Shown piece by piece: positions 54,891 to 64,000 of a DNA stretch of 64,000 bases. The notes under the pieces are model-generated. The model searched no databases. It was not told where the DNA came from and saw only the letters and a list, made by a program, of their open reading frames with translations. The stretch spans positions 52,390,001-52,454,000 of the forward strand of contig OX597814.1 of NCBI GenBank assembly GCA_951406725.2. Reading direction: 5' to 3'. This stretch comes from Octopus vulgaris (lineage: Eukaryota). The position numbers were made by a program, and so were the translations under genes. The number at the start of each line of letters is the position of its first letter. The stretch's first letter is position 1.

Positions 54891-55939
54891 CTGTGGGCAA
54901 TATAATACAGTGTTGTATAATAGCAATATTATAAATATTATAAGAAGGCATCTATTAATAACATAGTATAGAAACTGTATAAGACAAGTACTAATATCAG
55001 ACATGTTAGCAAAAGGTGACTAACAACAGTATAGACCTATATAAAGTAACTAAAGACAATTTAATATATATCACTTTAATATATCTAATATAATTTAGTT
55101 TAGGAAGCTAATGGCAATATAATACAGGTCTGTATAAAGGAATTGATGACAATATAGTATAGATTTGTATAAGGGCATTTAATAGCAATATAGAAAAATT
55201 TAGATAAAAGTGATAAATATTTGTAGAAGGCAAAAACAGCAATTTATCAAAGATTAAGTACTTAATTATCGAATGCACATTCTTGGTGATACTTTTATCT
55301 AGCATTCTTTTATACACAAATATCATCCTGTCAGTTTCACTAATGAAATAAAAGCATTTATATTATAAAAGCTGCAATGCAGAAATTATATAGATTCAAT
55401 CATATAATCAATAGAACTATACTTTTCCATGTTTAAGATAAAATATTATTAGAACACTAAATGTTATTTGATACAAGGGCCTATGAAATAAAACACTATA
55501 AATTCTGTAATCTACAATAAAAGATCCTAAGGTTAATGTGGGGATGAGATGAGCTGGAAGGAAAGGGCTGTGACGTTAACGGTCAAGGGGCTTGATCAGA
55601 ACAAGAAGAGTGAGAGAAGGAAGACCAGGTTCATCCTATTTTGCCTTGGGTGCTCACAACAAACAGACATGAGGCGAGTGAACTGATAAGGATGGGTACT
55701 AGCAGCTGCTATCGTTAGGTGTGCAAGTTTTGGATTGAGTACAGCTGGACAGCAGATGACAAGAAAGTAGGTGAATTGTTTCTTATTTCCCCACAATACA
55801 GTTCCCTCGTACAACAGTTAAATATTTAATATAACAATAAGAACTAATATAGCTAGGGATTCCTTAGTTTAATAGATCACCATTTTCTACTAGGTCATAA
55901 GTATAGTAAGATGTTAAATAGGAACTATGTTAAATTTAG

Positions 55940-56390
55940 CTAGTAAGAATTTTGGTCATAATATCAGAGGTTATAATACTGCAAATCTGAATGAAAAGGA
56001 GAAGCAAACAGCTGGCCAGCAACAATCATGAGAACTACCAATGGTAACTGTCTCACAAAGTCGATACAGTACTAATGTAGAACAAACAGTAGAGATGAAC
56101 CCAAAAATATATACTGGGGTAGCTGAACTAACATTCAAAAATCGAATTCATAAGCACAAACATTAATCTGTCAGCCATAAACAAAAATTCACTATGCTTT
56201 TGTTGAAATTATTTGCTTAATTATAGATAAGGCACAACCAAACAAGAATGGCAGCTTCAAATAAAAAATGAGGTGTGACCTTTGTTTGAGTGAAAAAATA
56301 AGAATTTTAGTTCAAGGGAGAAATAATTTGAACAAAAGAATGGAATTGTTAGCACTTTGTATGCAAATATCAGCTGCCTCAAATTTTCTC
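55940..56390 (+). mobile_element. Degraded Penelope-like GIY-YIG C-terminal fragment
   Basis: Across frameshifts: NGNCLTKS, KIYTGVAELTFKNRIHKHK, RCDLCLSEKIRIL and NNLNKRMELLALC, matching the PLE CxLCxxEK..LNKRxE signature. Confidence 0.7.
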
Positions 56391-57186
56391 TGGTTCAGGA
56401 AGAAAAAATGCTGTTGAAATGAGTAATTACTGTAAGTATATAAGTGTGTGTGTGTGCATATATGTATGAGTGTGTGTGTGTGTGTGTGCACGCGTGCATG
56501 TATATATGGATATATGTACATGCAGATGCATACAAAATGTGCACTGACACACACCACATTAATGCATCACACACGTTATCTTTAAAATTATTTAAAGCAT
56601 TACTTAAATAACAATACAATTTCATGAGGAAAATTATTAGAGTGACAACGCTTGTATGAAGTTGAAAACATTTCAAGTATTTACATGAGAATTAAAAATG
56701 AAATGAAAAATTAGCTTAAAACAGCTGTTTTTGCACATGCTATTTGGTGTATTTTTTTTTTCTTTTTAAAAAATTCTCATAAAGATAAGCATTTTCCTCA
56801 TAACTTGCATATCATTATCACCATCATTTAACATGTTTTCCATACTGGCATGGTTTCTGTGGTTGGATGCTCTTCCTAATGCCAATCACTCCATAAAGTG
56901 TACTGGGTGCTTTTAACATGGCACCAGCACCAGTATCAGTTTTGCTATGGTGGACAGTTTCATATATTTTAAAATATATTCAAACAAGATATTTGAAGTA
57001 GAAAACAGGCTTCGGTTATCTGCTGAATTATCAGGATGGAATACCATGGATTATAATAACACCTTAAAATGAAGTTCTTACTTTTCCTTATCATGTCTAT
57101 GACATTATTATTTTATATTTTATTATTCAATAACAAAATTTACTAAAAATATATATTCCAAATAAAATAGGAATTCTAATAAATAC

Positions 57187-57310
57187 CTTGCTTGGAACCA
57201 TATGTGGCTTCATCTCTATAAGAAGGAAAGTTGTTGACAATGAGCTGTAACAAATTTTCAGCACTGTTATCACTTTCTCTGATACAGTTAACAAAACTAC
57301 CTTGATATTT
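57187..57310 (-). CDS. QNG1: QNG1 internal exon
   Basis: KYQGSFVNCIRESDNSAENLLQLIVNNFPSYRDEATYGSKQ (FPSYRD motif). CAG acceptor, GTATTT donor, 124 nt, phase 0 to 1. Not in the ORF track in this frame. Confidence 0.92.
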
Positions 57311-58599
57311 CTGTTTAGAGAAAAAAAAAAATGATTGTACAAGAACTACACTCAGTTAGTAAACTTATTTTATAATAACTGTTGCAGAGATTGACAAGAT
57401 TCCTAATAATGACATATCATAAATTATCTATTAATGTCATGTCTCTCTTACAGTCTGCAGATTTATTATGTCACTTTACCTCCATTCTCTTTCATGTGCT
57501 TATTCACGCACTCTCCATGTCCTCACATATCTTCCTTACCTTCCTCCCAGCCACTCCAATTTCCCTCACCATCACTTGCTAGAGTCATGTCTTCCTCATC
57601 TCTAAACATATCACTCACACTCTTATGGAACACTACTTCTATTCCTCCAACTGTTTCCTTTGGGTATGTCCCAATACATCTCCAACACCATCTGCTTCTC
57701 TCTCATTCTGACTGCCTCTCTAGCTTTCTCTCTAACTCTATCCCACCTTTCTTCTACTTCCTTGTCCAACAGGGGTAGCCAAATGTCTCCTCTATAGTAA
57801 AACAACTGTCTCTGTTCCTCTATTGTGCGTTAATCTCTTGGCTGGCACACAGCCACTTCCTTCAATTCAATTCCTTCTCTTAATTAAGAGCTATTTGGTG
57901 ACTCCACTGGTGCTGGTACTACATAAAAAAGCACCAGTACCAGTACCACATAAAAAGCACCATTCCATTCTGTAAAGTGATTGGCATTAGGAAGAGCATC
58001 CAGCTGTAGAAACCATGTCAAAACAGACAATTGGAGCCTGGTTCAGCTCTCCAGCTTCTGTCAAACTGTCCAACCCATGCCAGCATAATAAAAGACATTA
58101 GATGATGATGATAATGAGAGTTAATTAATGAAAAACCTACATCTCTCTTTTTAAACAGAATTAGTCATTTAGATAATAAAAGTTCACATTATTAAATTTT
58201 GATATTTGAAATTTTTGGCTTAGTACATCAAATACACTTGAGCCTGCTCTAAGTTTACAAGTAGTAAGTTAATGTTCCCTAGTCAAAATTTATAGCAACC
58301 CTTACAAGCCAACACATGCATTCATGCAAAGATGTGGTGTTGCTAGTGTGTCTGGATGTTAACAATTGGTTGAATATGAAATAGCAAGAGTTATGTGGGA
58401 ATTAGTGAATAATTTGGCTAAGAATTTTGCATCAAGCGAGAAGAATCTCAGGTTAAGTCAGTGTGAAAGATTACATTCCTCAGTTGAATCATTTGGTTAA
58501 TCTTCAGGAACTAAAAGGCTGAATAGTGCATTGAAGTGATTGAAATAGTTGATCATATATTGATCATATACCTGTGGACACATGTAATATCATGTTCAT

Positions 58600-59200
58600 T
58601 ACACAAAACGATAACCTCTTTAAACCTGATCATCTATCCTTAATACTTTCAACATCTCAAAAGTAATGGACATTGTGAGACACAACCAAGTCCTTAATCA
58701 CTTTCCATGTCTCTCCCTCTCGCTGACCACTACTGTGGTTTCTGTAGAGCCATAGACACTAGACATCTGCTTCTCTATATCATGCATCACTGTTCTCTCA
58801 CCCTTATATAATGTTGATATCAGCGAAGATTTTGATTAGTCTGGTATGGAAACTTTTAAGTGGAGTTGCTCATCTACAGGTTCCATTTTTAAATCAGTTT
58901 CTAAATTTAGAGTTTCCATCACATTGTGTCAATGGATTTCTTTTTTGAGCCATATACTATCAACTCTGGAGTTTCTCACAGTTTGTTATCCAGACTCTTT
59001 TTTTTCTGTATATTAATGATCTTACCATTACTCCTAACTACACATATACCTTTGAAGATGACCCAATATTTCACTCAACGGAAATATTCTGCACACAAGT
59101 ATTATTTGTGCACAACCTAGACATCTCATGCAGACTCGAACTTTTTTCCATAAAGGGAAACGTGCAAAACATCCACCAATGGTAATTTAGTTTCCTTTAT
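58600..59200 (+). mobile_element. Highly degraded LINE reverse-transcriptase fragment
   Basis: Remnant motifs FNISKVMDIV (DxxKAFD-like), INSGV and LYINDL..FEDD (YADD-like) across frameshifts. Confidence 0.55.
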
Positions 59201-60128
59201 CAGGACTCAGATACAATCACTACACATATGAAGAAAATAATTTTGACTACACTCTTTCTATACATGAACAACATATAACTACACTCCTCAAAGTCCTCAT
59301 AATAACTTATGACTACACTATCATTAGCAAAAACTGCATCCTAGGTACTAGGTTTCTGTTTCAGAGTAAAAATATTTCAGCTCTAATCAGTCATTAACCT
59401 TCTACAAAACTAGAGCATGAGCTGTGAACAGCTACTATGCAGCTACTTAATAAGCATTCACACCCCAATGTTCTATAATGCTCACAAATGTGTTATTCCT
59501 TTCCACTATCTCTCTTATTGCCAATGCATAAACCTCAGCTACTAGTAAGCTACATACACCCCTCCATACCAATTCAACCTAAGCTCACCTACTGACCCAT
59601 CTTTCTTTCTGTTATAATCCTTATTGTGTCTCACTTCACAAACCCTACAATAAATATTTTGCTCAATCCACCTTCTTAGAACTGGATCCCTCTGCAACTC
59701 CTTTCCCACTCACATATTCCTTATAGACATGTCTACAAAACTTCAAGTTGGATAAACTTCAGTCACACTGATCACACTAGTCTAAGTAGCTAGCAAAGAT
59801 GAAGGCACTTCCTCTGATCCTTAACATGAAAATGAAAGAAATCAGGATCATAAATTGTCAAAAACCAATTGAATTTTTTTCTGTGCCACCCTTACACTAC
59901 CACTATGAAAACAAGATCTACAACAAGGATACATAAATGAAAGCAAACATACTTGATCCCCTCAGATTCTGATCACTTTCTCTAATCTGTGAATGATGTC
60001 TAAAGTTATGTGCTTTATTAATCAAGAATTACTCAAGAAGTAGCAGTAATGAACCTTATTAATTACTAATGTTGAGGAATGTGTGTGACAGGAATGAGTT
60101 TCAAATGTTCAACAGTATTGTAACAAAC

Positions 60129-60278
60129 CTTCATAATAATCTTGCATGTTTGTTTCAAGGCTTGTAACCTTTCGGAAAACAATGGTATTTCTTGGTTGGA
60201 ATCAGACTTTAATATATCAGCGAGTTGTTCTCCAGAAATACTTGCACAATATGCAGGTGTAGTGATAGGGATGCCATT
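60129..60278 (-). CDS. QNG1: QNG1 internal exon
   Basis: NGIPITTPAYCASISGEQLADILKSDSNQEIPLFSERLQALKQTCKIIMK. TTTTCAG acceptor, GTTTGT donor, 150 nt, phase 0 to 0. Confidence 0.9.
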
Positions 60279-60504
60279 CTGAAAAGAGAAATTTAATATA
60301 TCTGTTAATGTAGGGAAGATTCTCATTGGGAAATATTTCTGTATGAAATCACAATAGAAAACTAGAATTATAGAGATGCCATTCAAAAAACAAAAAAAAT
60401 ATATTTATAGGAAGCTTAATTAATGGTAACCACAATGGCTGTAATATCATGAGTGACAACTATAAGGAGAATGAATGAAGTGAAACTTATGACTAGAATA
60501 AGAG

Positions 60505-60895
60505 TGGCTGTGTGGTAAATAACTTGCTTACGAACCACATGGTTCCGGGTTCAGTCCCATTGTGTGGTACCTTGGGCAAGTGTCTTCTACTATAGTCTCG
60601 AGTCGACCAAAGCCTTGTGAGGTAGACGTAAACTGAAAGAAGCCCTTCATATATATGTATATATATATTTGTATGTATGTATGTGTGTGTGTTTGTGTGT
60701 CTGTGCTTGTCCCTCTAACATCGCTTGACAGCCAATGCTGGTGTGTTCATGTCCCCGTAACTTAGCGGTTTGGCAAAAGAGACCAATAGAATCAGTTCTA
60801 GGCTTACAAAGAATAAGTCCTGGGGTCGATTTGCTCGACTAAAGGTTGTGCTCCAGCATGGCCACAGTCAAAATAACTGAAACAAGTAAAAGAAT
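60505..60895 (+). mobile_element. tRNA-derived SINE (second family), well-preserved copy
   Basis: A/B-box-like head TGGCTGTGTGGTAA..GGTTCAGTCCC, central (TG)n and 3' ..GACTGAAACAAGTAAAAGA. Related copies lie at about 1460-1750(-), 2270-2590(-), 8930-9480(+), 21430-21825(+), 24838-25272(+), 26190-26540(+), 27670-27965(-), 30330-30680(+) and 41460-41675(+). Confidence 0.85.
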
Positions 60896-61363
60896 AATAC
60901 AGGTACAAAGAGATGATTATGTATAAGTGATTGCTATTACTAAGGTATAAAAAAGTAACTTCTATAACTTGGCTGCAAGAGGTGACTCCATATATTTTTC
61001 TTCAAACCACTGATATTATGAGCACTCATTAAATAGATGATAGGCCAAACACACTACTTAGTTTAACATTATCACCTGGTCCTTGCTGACTTTTAATGGA
61101 TTTCATATTGTTGCAAGTATTCACACAAGAGTCCCAGTTCCTTTCTCATCCATGTTTTTCTTGCCTGGGAGGGACTATAAAGCTCATCACTACTCCTCCT
61201 TTTCTGACTAATTTATAAAAAGAAAAGTTAAATTCAGTTTGAAAATATCTAAAATATTTGTGAGCACTATCTTTTTCTCATAATACAGAAAAGAGTAACT
61301 GTTAATCATTTTTTGAATCATGGCATGAATTGAATTCACAGTAAAAGTTAAAAATCCACTTAC

Positions 61364-61496
61364 ATCTAAAGCTCGATTGACTGCAGCACATAATGACCAG
61401 TAACCTGTGTAAGCTTTATCCTTGTAAGTTACTGTATATTTATTGCTAGCATCTTCACTCCAAAATGAAAAATTCATTGTGTCAAGCACAAAAATC
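61364..61496 (-). CDS. QNG1: Queuosine 5'-phosphate N-glycosylase/hydrolase (Q salvage) internal exon
   Basis: (W)[31 protein letters not shown], the hallmark DUF2419 motif. CAG acceptor, GTAAGT donor, 133 nt, phase 2 to 0. Confidence 0.93.
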
Positions 61497-61634
61497 CTGC
61501 AAGTAAAACATAATACATATCAGTTAGTTTTCCAGGGAAGCATAGTGAAATTCTTTCAACAGACTCCTACCAACACTACTATAATCAATACTTGGTTATT
61601 ATAATCAATACTTGGTTATTGAATAAAAGAGTAA

Positions 61635-61975
61635 AGGGTAAAGATCCCCTTCAGTCATGAATGACCACTAGACTGCACCTAGAAAGTTACCCTTCGAGGC
61701 ACATATCTGGGCAAAGGTGTTTTATAGAAGACCAGCACTTGCCCATGCATACCAGCCTCCCTTCTCCATGTCACCAATGTTATCCAAGGGAAAGGGAAAG
61801 GCCGATACAACTTGGCACCTGTGATGTCACAACTTATTTCTACAGTTGAGTGAACTGGAGCAACATGAAATAAAGTGCCTTGCTCAAGAACACAACACAC
61901 AGCTTGGTCCAGGAATTGAACTCACTACCTCATGATTGTGAGCCCGATGCTCAAACCACTAAGCTATATAGCTTC
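61635..61975 (-). mobile_element. tRNA-derived CORE-like SINE (third family)
   Basis: Minus-strand head TAGCTTAGTGGTTTGAGC..GAGTTCAATTCC, followed by GTGTTGTGTTCTTGAGCAAGGCAC. Confidence 0.65.
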
Positions 61976-63962
61976 ACATTGAATGGAATATAAATTTAGG
62001 GAGATGGAAGCAAACTTTTTTATACATTTCAGTCAATCAAATTTCAGAAATAGAGAGCTTGTTCATTTTTCAGTGATACTGGTAGTTCCATTTCAAGAAG
62101 ACATCTTTTTATCATGTAAAGAAATGCAAGAAACACATTGACTTGTACATATAAGTATATATATCAGAGATGTACCCTCAGTGTAGGCAAGGTAGACAGA
62201 ACCTATCCTGAATAAAACTATAAATTTTGATTAAATATAAATGTACATGATTTTTAATTTATTATAAAATGCTAATAAATGCATAATCTAGTAAATGACA
62301 ATTTTGATGTTAGGCACAATCTTCTGTGCTTTCCAACCTAACATATACACCAACATATGATATTAAACCTATGAACCATGAGTGACACTTTATCATAAAG
62401 GCAGCCCTGATTGAGCAGTCATAGACCAATGGAGTTGTAGTCGAGACCATCCCTTACTTTTGTATATTTAATATTGCATTATACAATTGTCATTTCCTTT
62501 CCAAGATGGGGGTGGATGACATGAAGGAATGTGGTTACTATTTCTAGCTACATATGATATGGTATTGTATGTATGTGAGTGCATGTATGTACACACACAC
62601 ATACAAATGTATGCGTACGCATGCATGTATGTCATTATTCAGTTTATTTCAAGATTTCTTGCCAATAGAGAAAGAATTAATTAATACAATTTTGTCCAGA
62701 AATCATGTTTCCAAAATTTCAATTTTCCTCCATTCTCACTGCAATTTCTTAATTTGTAACCTTTTGATTTTTTTTTTGTTATCTACGTAGAAAAATACAG
62801 AGATTATGAATCTGGGAAATACATATAATTTTTATAGTTTAATTTTACATGTAATTTTTATAGTTTAATTTTTCTTAAAGAAACACTCAATGCCCCTTCC
62901 TCCAACTCACCCACCCATCACCTACTCACTTTCACTTTTATCTGATGCTTCCTGCATGCATAGAATTCTACTGAAATAGCAAACTTACAAAATACCAGAC
63001 CACCACCAGAAAACCTGACATGATAGAAACAACAGTTAAACGACATCATTTCTGAAGAAACTTCTCCGCTTTCCAAAAAGCTAAAAGTGAAACATTGGAA
63101 GTGTGTAACTTTTTGAAAGTGGTGAGGTGATGGGTAAAATTCTTAAAGATTCATACTCTGTTTTTTCTCCAAGGATTACCAAGAAAAAAAATTTGAAAAA
63201 AGCAAAAAATGAATTTGGTATAGAGAGGGAGAAAATTTAAATGTTGAGAACATGTTTTGTGGGTGAAATCCTAATGTCCTGTATCGCAAACATAGGAATC
63301 CGAAGAAATTTAGGAAATAAATAAGGAGCAAAAATGTCGCCTCGGACATACTAGAAAGAAGAGGTAAAGGACAGGATTTCTGAGAAAACTTTCTTTAAAG
63401 TTTATATTGAAGATCAGGTTTTTAAATACACTCATCACAAACAAATTACACAATAGAAAAAGATTATTTCAATTAAATGTAAGCTTTAAATCTGTGCATG
63501 CACACTGCAAGAAATGACATAATTCACACAGAAGTTTTACCTAGAGCGTGTGTATGTGTGTGTGTCATAGGAAGTTATTTTATGGCATTCTTTTGTTTGA
63601 GGAAGCAAAGTTATCAACTTGACATATGTGGGATCATATGATTGTTCGTTAATTTCTGTAGAATTCTTTTAATTTCCTTATGCTTTGAAAAGAGCAGAAA
63701 TTGAAAGAGAGGATAAAATGAAAAAGCGACATTTGCTTTGAAGTGAAAGGAGAAAGTGAAAGATGTACATGTATATGAAATGGACATGTGTGTGTGTGTG
63801 TGAGTGTGTGTATCAGAGAGAGAGAGAGAGAGAGTGAATGAGTGAAAGTGTGTGTTGTGATGTATGAATTTTTTTGCATGTATGTGTCACCACTCTTTCT
63901 CTCTCTCACAGTCACATACACACACACATACACATTATCTTTCATGTACACATACATAAATG

Positions 63963-64000
63963 GGCGGAGGTAAAGAATATGTACACCACCCATTTTTGAC
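63963..64000. mobile_element. Left end of a second copy of the 11595-11701 MITE family
   Basis: GGCGGAGGTAAAGAATATGTACACCACCCATTTT matches the 11595 terminus. It is truncated by the window edge. Confidence 0.7.

Noticed and set aside
60505-60580. tRNA gene
   Set aside because: The A/B-box-like head continues into a multi-copy SINE body, and there is no intact cloverleaf.
62985-63100. Possible upstream QNG1 exon
   Set aside because: A TG|GT junction exists, but the translation (SGFLVVVW) does not resemble the expected HxLHP..DW segment.

Overview
This is AT-rich, repeat-dense eukaryotic DNA. The SINE families, microsatellites and gene structure suggest a coleoid cephalopod such as Octopus (inference). 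Two intron-containing genes lie on the minus strand. One is the last seven coding exons of a queuosine-salvage enzyme (QNG1/C9orf64, 47992-61496), with all splice phases consistent and the 5' exons outside the window. The other is the first coding exon of a RILP/RILPL1-like Rab effector (33227-33571), whose first intron apparently runs past position 1. The rest is tRNA-derived SINEs, RTE/CR1/R4/Penelope retroelement remnants, mariner/hAT remnants, several MITEs with visible TIRs and TSDs, and mini/microsatellites. The most striking structure is at 36370-38717: a near-perfect fold-back element with a Penelope-type hammerhead ribozyme on each strand, whose left arm is interrupted by a 1.9 kb higher-order tandem array of an RTE-type 3' end. 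A decayed duplicate of one QNG1 exon lies downstream of that gene. Most ORFs in the supplied track are spurious.
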